Positions 29,674 through 38,963 of a DNA stretch of 64,000 nucleotides are shown one piece after another. Each line of letters begins with the position of its first letter. Position 1 is the first letter of the stretch. The DNA is from Sphingomonadaceae bacterium. Its GTDB lineage: Bacteria > Chloroflexota > UBA6077. Under the pieces are notes generated by a model, which searched no databases, was not told the DNA's origin, and saw nothing but the letters and a program-made list of their open reading frames with translations. Location: positions 1 to 64,000 of the forward strand of contig JBLNDL010000050.1 of NCBI GenBank assembly GCA_050261575.1, in the 5' to 3' direction. Both the position numbers and the translations under genes were made by a program.

Positions 29674-30480
29674 CTATCCCCTCTTCGATAAGACTGACTG
29701 GCCATCCAGCCCAAAGAGTCCGGCAGCATTCCGGCCTGTGATCTCGATGATCGCCTCGAGGCTCTCCCCTCGCAGGGCGGCCATTCGCTCTGCCACCAGC
29801 CGTACGTGGGCCGGCTCGTTCCGTTTCCCCCGGTAGGGGTGCGGCGCCAGGTAGGGGGAATCGGTCTCCACCAACAGCCGATCCCGAGGCGCCGCAGCGG
29901 CCGCCTCGGCGACCACACCGGCGTTGCGATAGGTGATGGGGCCGGCGAAGGACAGGTAGAAACCCGCCCCGCTGCAGCGGCCCATCAGCGCTAGGTCCCC
30001 CGAGAAGCAGTGCAGCACCCCCCTCGGGTGCCGCTCGGGAAGGCTTGCCGCCCACCCGGCCAGGATCTCGACCAGGTCACCGTCCGCCAGGCGGTTGTGG
30101 ACCACCACCGGAAGGCTCAGGTCGCGAGCCAGATCCAGTTGGGCCTCCAGCACCTCCCGCTGCCGCTCGCGCCCGGTCCGCCACCTGTAGTAATCGAGCC
30201 CCATCTCGCCCAGGGCCACCACCTCGGGCGCCCCGGCCAGCGCTCGCAACTCCTCCAACCAGTCGGGCGGCAGCTCCGCGCACTCGTTCGGGTGCACCCC
30301 AACCGTCGCTACCACTCCAGGGTGTCGCCTGGCGAGTTGGACGGCGTCCCGGCTCGAAGGCAGATCCACCCCCACACAGACGATGGCGGCAACCCCCGCG
30401 GCGGCCGCCCGATCGAGCACATCGGGCAGATCAGCGGCGAACTCCGCCATTGTCAGATGAGCGTGTGTATCTACCAGCAT
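29674..30480 (-). CDS. tatD: TatD family DNase
   Basis: DTHAHL, GVHP, GEMGLDY, VLHCF, ETDSPYLAP, NEP. Confidence 0.93.
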   Translation of the reverse strand: MLVDTHAHLTMAEFAADLPDVLDRAAAAGVAAIVCVGVDLPSSRDAVQLARRHPGVVATVGVHPNECAELPPDWLEELRALAGAPEVVALGEMGLDYYRWRTGRERQREVLEAQLDLARDLSLPVVVHNRLADGDLVEILAGWAASLPERHPRGVLHCFSGDLALMGRCSGAGFYLSFAGPITYRNAGVVAEAAAAAPRDRLLVETDSPYLAPHPYRGKRNEPAHVRLVAERMAALRGESLEAIIEITGRNAAGLFGLDGQSVLSKRG

Positions 30481-30508
30481 CCTGAGTCGATTGTAGCATA
30501 ACGTTGTT

Positions 30509-31351
30509 CTAGGGGTCGAGCGAAGCGCCGGCGAGCCAGGCCTGGTACGCCTCGCGGCGGCCCACCCCCTTCGACTGCATCAGACGGGGGATGGCCTCCC
30601 TGCTGGAGACCCCCTCGGACCTCAGTCGTCTGGCCAGATCCAGCAGCCCCACCTCGGCCTCCTCCTTCGGCGGGACAGGAACCTCCTCGGCCGGGCCTAT
30701 CACCAGGGTAAACTCCCCGCGCGGGGCTCGGCCCTCGAAGACGGAGCGGAGATATGAGATGGGTCCCCGAACCACCTCCTCGTGGAGTTTGGTCAGCTCT
30801 CGGGCGGCCGCCGCCGGCCGGTCCCCCAGGATCTCCTCCATGTCGGCCAGAGTCGCCAGCAGCCGGTGCGGCGCCTCGAAAGCCAGGAGGGTGAAGGGAA
30901 GAGCGGCCACCGACGCGAGCAGCCGACGCCGCTCGCTCCGCACCCTCGACAGGAAGCCAAGGTACAGGAATCGGTCGGTCGGCAATCCCGACACCACCAG
31001 GGCGGTGAGGAGGGCGGAGGGGCCGGGCACCACGACCACAGGTATCCCCCGCTCGATGGCGGCTGCGATCAGGTCCCGGCCCGGGTCCGAGATCCCCGGC
31101 ATTCCCGCCTCGGAGACCAGCGCGACGTCCCGCGTCTCCAGGCTCTCCAGCAGCTTCTCCAGCTTCCCAGGTCCGCTGTGGCGATGGTAGCTCTCGAGGG
31201 GCTTCTTGATGCCGTAGTGAGAGAGCAGCTTCAGGGTCTCGCGCGTGTCCTCGGCGGCGACCAGGTCCACCTCCTTCAGCACCCGCAGCGCCCGCAGCGT
31301 TATGTCCTCCAGGTTCCCGATGGGGGTCGCCACCACGTACAGGGTTCCCAC
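30509..31351 (-). CDS. rsmI: 16S rRNA C1402 2'-O-methyltransferase
   Basis: LYVVATPIGNLEDIT, AAEDTR, AGMPGISDPG, RELTKLHEE, GEF. Confidence 0.96.
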   Translation of the reverse strand: MGTLYVVATPIGNLEDITLRALRVLKEVDLVAAEDTRETLKLLSHYGIKKPLESYHRHSGPGKLEKLLESLETRDVALVSEAGMPGISDPGRDLIAAAIERGIPVVVVPGPSALLTALVVSGLPTDRFLYLGFLSRVRSERRRLLASVAALPFTLLAFEAPHRLLATLADMEEILGDRPAAAARELTKLHEEVVRGPISYLRSVFEGRAPRGEFTLVIGPAEEVPVPPKEEAEVGLLDLARRLRSEGVSSREAIPRLMQSKGVGRREAYQAWLAGASLDP

Positions 31352-31454
31352 GATCGACGCCTCCTGCCGCCAGCCATATCCGAGTCCTGGGTCCTCGGCA
31401 CTTGCTACCTTCCGGATCGATTATAGAGAGAGGGGGTCTCCAGGGGACAAGACC

Positions 31455-33161
31455 TCAGTGCGCCACTGCTCTTTCAAGCCGTTGCAGATCACGGGTAGTT
31501 GAGAAGAAGATCCCCTCCTTCAGACACTTTTCGCGTGCATCCGATCTGAACCCCGTCTGCGAGACGTACCATCGGCGGTCGATCTTTCGAGATGTCTTCT
31601 CCTCGTAGAACTTGCAGGCTCGGAGAAACTTGTTCACGTAGGCAACCGTGACACCTCCCGCGCAATGCTTGCACTCGACTGCCCACGTTTGACTTCCACC
31701 TGCAATCGCATCGATCTCGACACTTCCACTCCTGCCGGAGAACTCACCCTCCGGATCAGGCAGCTCAACGTTCCGAACTTCGTCGATCGTTGGCAGTACC
31801 TGCTGCTCTGTGCACCCTAACAGCTTCCCCGAGACTACTTGGCCTCGGAACTGTCGCAGGACGTTGTGCACCCGCCTCTCGAACATCTCGCCCATGGCAT
31901 CCTGCAGACTCTGGAGCCTCTCCTGGTAGGATTGGATCACTTTGGCTCTAGCTTGAGGGTTTTGCAGGACCGTGATCGGATCTCTACGCTCCCGCTCCAA
32001 CGCGATCCAGATCGGCAGCACAGGATCCACAAACCATAGACGACCGTCCTTGAGGGACAGAACGTCGATCCGGATCAACTCATCGATGACTCGGTTGACT
32101 TGTGCCTGCCCCTCGCTTCGCCTGATCGCTCGCGCGATGTCACGCCTGGTGCTTCCCTCCGCACGTGCCAGACGCCGAAGTATGGCATCTGGGATGTTCT
32201 CACCCCGGATGTCACCGATTGCTTGCTGATACAGATACTGGCAATAGATGGAGAGGGTCCGATTGGGGTCCAACATCTCCGATTGGAATGCCGCATCGAC
32301 GTGATCTCCATCCACAACAGATGTGGTAGACCTAGCCTGATCTGCGGCAGCCAGAGCTAGAGTGTGCGCATAGAACGGGAAGCCCTGTGACAGGATGTGG
32401 AGCCGTTGGACTGCGTTCTGAGTCCAGGTCATTCCGCCTCGCTCCCACAAGCCAACAGCGAGATCCTGAGTATCTGACACGCCAAATGGCGGCAGCTCTA
32501 CCTCCCTGAAACGTGTGAACAGTGGGTCGTTTCCCTCGTGCAGTATTTGGCGCATCAGGGTTACCACTGACCCCGCAACTACGAAGGCTACTCGTCCTCG
32601 TCGGTCGAGCGCCTCGCGCATGGCTGCCCAGAGATTGTCGGTGTTCCTGAAGTTTCGGAGCTTCCTGATGCTCTGGAACTCGTCAAGGATCACCAGTATG
32701 GGCAAGTCGAGACTGTGGGAGACAGCCGAGGGGAAGAGCAGAGTCTTCGGGATCAACCGGCCATAGCTGCCCTCGCTTATGAGATCAAGGATCTCTTCTA
32801 CACTCGGCAGGACAGCCTCGCCCAGTAAACCGGCCGCCGTGGTGATCGAGGTTTCCTGCGTCGCCACCTTCCTCTTGATCCCCCGTGAGTTACATGCGGC
32901 CTCCAATACTGTGGCCATCATCTCCAAGGCAAAGTCCTCTGGTGTGGAGACAACCACGTCCAAGGGGAGCTTGGGGATGCACTTCTCCGGATGCCGAACT
33001 CGCACCTCGTCCAGGAGCATGGTCTTGCCGATACGTCTGAGTCCGAGGAGAGCCAAATGGCGTTGGTCACCCTGATCGAGAGCCACCAGCAGTTCGTCGA
33101 AAAGTGCAAGCTGTGATCGTCGGTTGACGAAAACGGTGGTTGTGGCGGCCATCCCTGCCAT
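31455..33161 (-). CDS. Archaeal-type AAA ATPase with wHTH and C-terminal PD-(D/E)xK nuclease
   Basis: FVNRRSQL, Walker A GLRRIGKT, ILDEFQ, AGS; C-terminal EIDAIA...AVECK; visibly more AT-rich than its neighbours. Confidence 0.8.
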   Translation of the reverse strand: MAGMAATTTVFVNRRSQLALFDELLVALDQGDQRHLALLGLRRIGKTMLLDEVRVRHPEKCIPKLPLDVVVSTPEDFALEMMATVLEAACNSRGIKRKVATQETSITTAAGLLGEAVLPSVEEILDLISEGSYGRLIPKTLLFPSAVSHSLDLPILVILDEFQSIRKLRNFRNTDNLWAAMREALDRRGRVAFVVAGSVVTLMRQILHEGNDPLFTRFREVELPPFGVSDTQDLAVGLWERGGMTWTQNAVQRLHILSQGFPFYAHTLALAAADQARSTTSVVDGDHVDAAFQSEMLDPNRTLSIYCQYLYQQAIGDIRGENIPDAILRRLARAEGSTRRDIARAIRRSEGQAQVNRVIDELIRIDVLSLKDGRLWFVDPVLPIWIALERERRDPITVLQNPQARAKVIQSYQERLQSLQDAMGEMFERRVHNVLRQFRGQVVSGKLLGCTEQQVLPTIDEVRNVELPDPEGEFSGRSGSVEIDAIAGGSQTWAVECKHCAGGVTVAYVNKFLRACKFYEEKTSRKIDRRWYVSQTGFRSDAREKCLKEGIFFSTTRDLQRLERAVAH

Positions 33162-33177
33162 CGCCCTCCCGCGCGTG

Positions 33178-33235
33178 TTGTGGTATTCTGTAACCCATCT
33201 GGATTATAACCCAAATGGGTTACAGAATACCACAA
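33178..33235. repeat. 58-bp near-perfect palindrome
   Basis: ttgtggtattctgtaacccatctgg-attataac-ccaaatgggttacagaataccacaa; arms 24/25 complementary. Confidence 0.95.
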
Positions 33236-33630
33236 TCGTGTCCGCATCTCTCCGAGATTCTCCCAAGCGAGGATCCCCTGTTCTGCCGATTGCCTACGGT
33301 GCGAGACCGCTGGCTCACTCCCAGCCTGCCGAACTCATTAGCGGACGGACATGCTCATCATCATCGTAGCATCGCACCACAGTGTTCACCGTTGGCGACT
33401 CGTTCCAACGGCCGAGGAAGCTACTTGCCTCCTTACCCTGTCGGCGAGATCGACTATCCTGGAGACTGGCCCCCTCTTACAAGCAACTCCTCGACCCGAA
33501 ACGGAGGAAGGCGACCAGCAAGGTGATGCCCAGCTTCAAGAATAGAACACAGGCGCAACGATTAACAGGCCAACAGTAGCTTTGTGGAGGCCTACTCATA
33601 GAGGAACGGGGAGGACACGGCATAGCTCGA

Positions 33631-33659
33631 TTGATCTCCGGGCAAAGGGGATGTATGAT
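33631..33659 (+). promoter_or_regulatory. Sigma70-type promoter upstream of the TPP riboswitch
   Basis: TTGATC-17-TATGAT. Confidence 0.6.
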
Positions 33660-33683
33660 GGCAGAGACAATCGAAATAGGGTT

Positions 33684-33769
33684 GCTAGGGGGGCGCGTCG
33701 GCGCTGAGAGTGCGGCCGTGGGGCCGCTGACCCTCGAACCTGATCTGGGTAATACCAGCGAAGGGAAGC
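33684..33769 (+). promoter_or_regulatory. TPP (THI-box) riboswitch
   Basis: CTAGGGG...GCTGAGAG...ACCCTCGAACCTGATCTGGGTAATACCAGCGAAGGGAAG matches the TPP consensus. Confidence 0.95.
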
Positions 33770-33872
33770 ACGACCTCGAGCAGTTCGGCCGCCATCCCGG
33801 GATGGCGGCCTTTCGTCACTCCCCCGCGCACCCTTCCGAGTACCCGTCTTCTGTGTCGGAAGGAGTACAGAG

Positions 33873-34949
33873 ATGGCAAGCGAACTGCCCACCATTGGGA
33901 AGATCTCGCCGGAGATCTTCGACGAGATCATCCTGCCGCGCCTGGGGGCGAGATCCCCTCACATTCTGGTGGGGCCGCAGCACGGCGTCGACGTGGGCAT
34001 CGTCGACCTGGGCGGCGATCAGGTGATGGCCCTCACCACAGATCCCTTCTTCATCGTCCCGCAGTACGGTTGGGAGCGGGCGGCGTGGTTCGCCACCCAC
34101 ATCCTCGCCTCCGACGCGGCCACCTCGGGGCTTCGCCCCACCTACTTCACCGTCGACCTCAACCTGCCCCTCTCGGTGACCCGCGAGGCTCTGGAGATCA
34201 TGTGGACCACGGTCCACCGAGAGTGCGAGAAGATCGGCATGTCGGTGATCACCGGCCACACCGCGCGGTACGAGGGCACGGACTTCCCCATGGTGGGTGG
34301 CGCCACCGTGGTCTGCGTCGGACCCAAGCACAGGTTCATCACCCCGAACATGGCTCGTGTCGGCGACCAGGTGATAGTCACCAAGGGTGCCGCGATCGAG
34401 GCCACGGGGCTCTTCGCCGCCTCACTCCCCCACCTCGTGGCGGAGCGGTACGGCGAGGAGTTCGCCCGGCGGGCCGACAAGGTATTCGACATGATGAGCG
34501 TGGTCGAGGACGCAATGACGGCGGTCACGGTCGGGGTTCGGGACGACGGGGTCACCACCATGCACGACGCCACCGAGTGTGGGGTATGGGGTGGGCTGTT
34601 CGAGATCGCCCAGGCCTCGGGGGTCGGCATGCAGATCGACAAAGACAAGATCATCGTGCTGGAGGAGGTGCGGAAGATCTGCGACATGTTCAAGATCGAC
34701 CCTTACTCCTCCATCAGCGAGGGAACGCTGCTGCTCACTTGCCGGCCTCACAAGGCATCGGAGGTGGTGCGGGTCCTGTCCGACAAGGGCATCCCGTCCA
34801 GCATCGTCGGAGAGGTCACGCCGCAGGAGAAGGGGATGGTAGTCTTCGAGGGCTCGGCCTCCCGACGGCTGGAGCACCCGCGGGTGGACCCCTTCTGGAA
34901 GGCCTTCGGGGACGCCATCGCCACCGGTAAGGCGCCCGATCCCGCGTAG
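33873..34949 (+). CDS. AIR synthase-related (PurM/HypE/ThiL superfamily) protein
   Basis: IGKI, VGPQHGVDVG, TTDP, SDAATSG, ITGHT, MHDATECG, ISEGTLL; AAGGAG RBS. Confidence 0.88.
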   Translation: MASELPTIGKISPEIFDEIILPRLGARSPHILVGPQHGVDVGIVDLGGDQVMALTTDPFFIVPQYGWERAAWFATHILASDAATSGLRPTYFTVDLNLPLSVTREALEIMWTTVHRECEKIGMSVITGHTARYEGTDFPMVGGATVVCVGPKHRFITPNMARVGDQVIVTKGAAIEATGLFAASLPHLVAERYGEEFARRADKVFDMMSVVEDAMTAVTVGVRDDGVTTMHDATECGVWGGLFEIAQASGVGMQIDKDKIIVLEEVRKICDMFKIDPYSSISEGTLLLTCRPHKASEVVRVLSDKGIPSSIVGEVTPQEKGMVVFEGSASRRLEHPRVDPFWKAFGDAIATGKAPDPA

Positions 34950-35086
34950 CACTCTTGCGAGGTAGGTGGGGCGCAACGTTGCGCTCGATCGCGTCGCGCC
35001 CCACCACGGACCACCCTGCCCAGGTTCCGTCACCCCGTCGGGTGATTCCGCACGAAGGTGTGGCCCGCCACGATCTCTCGCCTTCC

Positions 35087-35115
35087 TTGACTTTGGCCCA
35101 TCCGGTTGATATCCT
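35087..35115 (+). promoter_or_regulatory. Promoter of the guaA-pur operon
   Basis: TTGACT-17-TATCCT with extended -10 TG. Confidence 0.6.
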
Positions 35116-35278
35116 CCCCATGCAGCATCGTGGGGGCGAGCGCGCACTCGCCCCTGTTTGGATTCGGGTTAGGTCCGGCGACGCGATGCGCGCTGTCCTC
35201 ACACCGTGAGCCTTCCGCCGGAGGGGTCGCGCCTGTCCCGCAGGGAGAGCGGGAAGTCTATCCAGGGAGGAACCCACT

Positions 35279-36859
35279 ACGGCCAGCCAGCAGCCAACTC
35301 ACACCTCACACGCCCCGGGAGAAAGGGAAGCCGTCGCCGTAATCGACTTCGGCTCCCAGTACAGCCAGTTGATCGCCCGCCGGGTGCGGGAGTGCAACGT
35401 TTACTGCGAGCTGATCCCATACTACGCCCCTGCGGAGCGTCTGGCATCCCTCAACCCGAGGGGATTCATCCTGTCGGGAGGCCCCGCCAGCGTCTACCAG
35501 GAAGGCGCGCCCCAGTTGCCGTCCCACATCCTGGAGAGCGGGCTACCGATCCTCGGCATCTGCTACGGCATGCAACTGCTGGCCCACCGGTTGGGTGGAC
35601 GTGTGGCGCCCGGCGCCAGGCGGGAATACGGCCACGCCGAACTGCGGCTGGATCAGCCCGTCGCTCGCCTCTTCGAGGGGCTGCCGGAGAAGCTCCAGGT
35701 GTGGATGAGCCACGGCGACGTCATCACCCAAATCCCCCCCGGCTTCCGCTGCCTGGCCCACACCGAGAACTCTCCCCTGGCGGCCATGGGGAACGACTCC
35801 GGCGTGGTCGGGCTCCAGTTCCACCCCGAGGTCGTTCATACCCCCCTTGGCAAGGAGATCATCAAGAACTTCCTCTACCGCGAGTGCGGGTGCACCGGCT
35901 CCTGGACCCCCGGCTCCTACATCGCGGAGACCGTCGCCAAGATCCGAGAGCAGGTGCGAGACGGTCGCGTCATCTGCGCCCTCTCCGGTGGCGTCGACTC
36001 CGCGGTGGCGGCCACGCTGGTCCATCGAGCGGTCGGCGATCGCCTCACCTGCGTATTCGTGAACAACGGACTGCTCCGGCTGAACGAGGCCGAGTCCACC
36101 ATGGAGACCTTCCAGCGTCACCTCCAGCTCAACGTGGTGTACGTGGACGCCACCGACCGCTTCCTCTCCGGTCTGAGTGGGGTGGTGGACCCCGAGCAGA
36201 AGAGGCGGATCATCGGGGAGACCTTCATTCGAGTGTTCGAGGAGGAGGCCGCCAAGCTGGGCAGGATAGACTTCCTGGCCCAGGGCACACTCTACCCCGA
36301 CGTCATCGAGAGCACCTCCCACGACACCACGGTCGCCGCCCGCATCAAGTCCCACCACAACGTGGGCGGGTTGCCGGAGAAGATGCAGTTTGCGCTGGTG
36401 GAGCCCCTCCGCTACCTCTTCAAGGACGAGGTGAGGCGGGTCGGGCTGGAGCTTGGGCTTCCCGAGGCGATGGTGTGGCGCCAACCGTTCCCCGGCCCCG
36501 GCCTCGCCGTCCGGGTGATTGGCGATGTGACTCGGGCGCGGCTGGACACCCTTCGGCAGGCCGATGCCATCGTCACCGACGAGGTGGCCCGAGCGAAGCT
36601 GGACCGCCCGGTCTGGCAGAGCTTCGCAGTGCTGACCCCACTCCAGACGGTGGGGGTGATGGGCGACGGTCGCACCTACGCCAACGTAGTCGCCGTGAGG
36701 ATCGTCAACAGCGACGACGGCATGACCGCCGACTGGGCGCGGGTCCCCTACGACCTGCTTGCGCGCATCTCCACCCGGATCGTCAACGAGGTGCCGGGCG
36801 TCAACCGGGTGGTGTACGACATCAGCTCCAAGCCCCCCTCCACGATCGAGTGGGAGTAG
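35279..36859 (+). CDS. guaA: GMP synthase (glutamine-hydrolysing); start inferred at ACG
   Basis: [58 protein letters not shown] 8 nt before ACG 35279. Confidence 0.95.
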   Translation, partial: TASQQPTHTSHAPGEREAVAVIDFGSQYSQLIARRVRECNVYCELIPYYAPAERLASLNPRGFILSGGPASVYQEGAPQLPSHILESGLPILGICYGMQLLAHRLGGRVAPGARREYGHAELRLDQPVARLFEGLPEKLQVWMSHGDVITQIPPGFRCLAHTENSPLAAMGNDSGVVGLQFHPEVVHTPLGKEIIKNFLYRECGCTGSWTPGSYIAETVAKIREQVRDGRVICALSGGVDSAVAATLVHRAVGDRLTCVFVNNGLLRLNEAESTMETFQRHLQLNVVYVDATDRFLSGLSGVVDPEQKRRIIGETFIRVFEEEAAKLGRIDFLAQGTLYPDVIESTSHDTTVAARIKSHHNVGGLPEKMQFALVEPLRYLFKDEVRRVGLELGLPEAMVWRQPFPGPGLAVRVIGDVTRARLDTLRQADAIVTDEVARAKLDRPVWQSFAVLTPLQTVGVMGDGRTYANVVAVRIVNSDDGMTADWARVPYDLLARISTRIVNEVPGVNRVVYDISSKPPSTIEWE

Positions 36860-36912
36860 GGGGGACGCGGGGACGCGGAGATACCCTCTCCCTTGGGAGA
36901 GGAGGAGCACCC

Positions 36913-36970
36913 AGCACTCGGGACTGAGGGCTCAGTCCCGAGTGCTCAGTCCTCAGCACTTAGAACTCAG
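36913..36970. repeat. Heptamer (CTCAGNN-type) tandem array with a perfect 16-bp inverted repeat
   Basis: agcactcgggactgag-gg-ctcagtcccgagtgct followed by cagtcctcagcact. Confidence 0.75.
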
Positions 36971-36992
36971 ACGGGCAGACAGGAGCAGCGTA

Positions 36993-38354
36993 ATGAGAGT
37001 CCTCGTGGTCGGCAGCGGTGCCAGGGAGCACGCCCTGGTGTGGAAGCTGGCCCTTAGCCCCCGGGTCGGGCAGATCTACTGCGCCCCGGGCAACGCCGGC
37101 ACCGGCGTCATCGCTCGCAACGTCCCGATCCCGGTCGGAAACATCCAGGGACTGGCCGACTGGGCGATCGAGAACCGGATAGACCTCACCATCGTCGGGC
37201 CCGAGCGCCCCCTCATCGAGGGAATCGTGGATGCCTTCCGGAGGGCGGGTCTGCGCATCTTCGGCCCGACCGCGGCCGCAGCTACTATCGAGGGCAGCAA
37301 GGTGTGGACGAAGAAGCTGCTCTCCAAGTACGGCATCCCCACCGCCAGGGCCGAGACCATCACCGACTACTCTCAGGCCGAGGCCGCGTTGGACCGCTGC
37401 ACCTTCCCCCTCGCGGTGAAGGCAGACGGCGACGCTGCGGGCAAGGGGGTGGTGATCGCGCGGAATCGCGAGGAAGCCGCCAGGGCGATCAAGGAGTTCA
37501 TGGTGGACCACACCGTCGGCGCCGCTGGCGACAGGGTGCTGTTAGAGGAGTTCCTGGAGGGCGTGGAGCTCTCGGTGCTCGCCCTGACCGACGGACGCAC
37601 CATCGTACCCATGGCCCCTTCCTGCGACTACAAGCGAGCCCTCGATGGCGATGGGGGGCCGAACACCGGCGGAATGGGCGCATACTCGCCACCACGCTTC
37701 GCCACCCCGGAGCTTATGGAGACCATTCAGCGAACGATCCTGGAGCCCACGGTCGCGGCGATGGCCGCGGAGGGCCGCACCTACAGCGGCGTACTCTACG
37801 CCGGGCTGATGATCACCGGGGACGGGCCCAAGGTGCTGGAGTACAACTGCCGGCTGGGCGATCCGGAGACCCAGGTTGTGCTCCCGCTCCTGAAGACCGA
37901 CCTGGCCGAGGTGGCTATGGCCGTGGTGGAGGGCGGCCTCGACCGCCTGAAGATCGAGTGGGACTCGGCATCCTGCTGCGGCGTCGTGATGGCATCCCAG
38001 GGCTACCCGGGCAGCTACCCTACCGGCCTCCCCATCGACGGGCTGGATGCCGTGGAGGAAGGAGTCCTGGTGTTCCATGCGGGGACCAAGACGGGGCCCG
38101 ATCCCCGACAGGCGGATCCCCTGGCCCGGCTGAAGAAGGAGCTGCTCGTGGCTGCCCCCAGCGGCAACGCAGTGCTGACCGCAGGGGGCCGTGTGCTGAC
38201 CGTGGTGGCCTGTGGGCCCACCATGGCTGACGCACGCGAGATGGTGTACCGTAACGTGGAGCGCATCCATTTCCAGGGGTGCCACTTCCGGCGGGACATC
38301 GCGTTGAGAGAGCTACCAGCATTAAGCCACGAGCAGTCAGCGACGATTGAGTAG
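36993..38354 (+). CDS. purD: Phosphoribosylamine-glycine ligase
   Basis: VGSGAREHAL, APGNAG, GPNTGGMGAYSP, EYNCRLGDPETQ, GGRVL. Confidence 0.96.
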   Translation: MRVLVVGSGAREHALVWKLALSPRVGQIYCAPGNAGTGVIARNVPIPVGNIQGLADWAIENRIDLTIVGPERPLIEGIVDAFRRAGLRIFGPTAAAATIEGSKVWTKKLLSKYGIPTARAETITDYSQAEAALDRCTFPLAVKADGDAAGKGVVIARNREEAARAIKEFMVDHTVGAAGDRVLLEEFLEGVELSVLALTDGRTIVPMAPSCDYKRALDGDGGPNTGGMGAYSPPRFATPELMETIQRTILEPTVAAMAAEGRTYSGVLYAGLMITGDGPKVLEYNCRLGDPETQVVLPLLKTDLAEVAMAVVEGGLDRLKIEWDSASCCGVVMASQGYPGSYPTGLPIDGLDAVEEGVLVFHAGTKTGPDPRQADPLARLKKELLVAAPSGNAVLTAGGRVLTVVACGPTMADAREMVYRNVERIHFQGCHFRRDIALRELPALSHEQSATIE

Positions 38355-38387
38355 CGGACAGCGCTGATAGCTGTGAGGAGGTTCACG

Positions 38388-38849
38388 ATGCCTCAGGTTG
38401 CCATCGTCATGGGAAGTGAGAGTGACCGGCCCACCATGCAGTTGGCCGCGGACGTGCTGGACTGTCTGGGCATCTCCAACGAGATGGTGGTCATGTCCGC
38501 CCATCGGACCCCGGAGAAGGTTCGAGAGTACGCCAGGTCGGCCAAGGGACGGGGTATCCAGGTGATCATCGCGGGGGCGGGCATGGCGGCCCACCTTCCG
38601 GGCGTGCTCGCGGCCTGGACCACCCTTCCGGTGATCGGAGTCCCCGTGCCGGCAGGCGAGCTGCGGGGGCAGGATGCCCTATACTCCATGGTGCAGATGC
38701 CATCGGGCGTACCCGTGGCCACCTTCGGCATCGGCAACAGCGGCGCACGGAACGCCGCCTACTTCGCCGCTTCGGTGATCGCCATTGCAGACGAGGAGGT
38801 CCGCCGCAGCTACGAGGAGTTCCGCAAGCGCCAGAGCGGCGAGCTGTAG
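38388..38849 (+). CDS. purE: N5-CAIR mutase / AIR carboxylase
   Basis: IVMGSESD, SAHRTP, AGMAAHLPG, VQMPSGVPVAT. Confidence 0.96.
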   Translation: MPQVAIVMGSESDRPTMQLAADVLDCLGISNEMVVMSAHRTPEKVREYARSAKGRGIQVIIAGAGMAAHLPGVLAAWTTLPVIGVPVPAGELRGQDALYSMVQMPSGVPVATFGIGNSGARNAAYFAASVIAIADEEVRRSYEEFRKRQSGEL

Positions 38850-38963
38850 GGGCGGCAGACAGCCGGAGAAGGGTCCTGGGTCCTGGAAGGATCACATCTC
38901 ATCACTCGGGGCTCGGCACTCAGGACCCAGCGCACAGCACCGGCGTTGGAGAGGAGGACAAGC

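Noticed and set aside
33240..33600. Short ORFs or a possible gene remnant
   Set aside because: No recognisable motif or RBS; no call can be supported.
35160..35260. ykkC-type (PRPP/ppGpp), purine or ZTP riboswitch upstream of guaA
   Set aside because: Only ACACCGTGAGC resembles ykkC; AGGGTTCCG, CGAGCGG and AAAAG are missing, and no purine or ZTP consensus is visible.
35207..35260. Selenocysteine readthrough of the in-frame TGA before guaA
   Set aside because: The TGA is in non-conserved leader sequence and the following hairpin is not a convincing SECIS; SD plus ACG is the simpler explanation.
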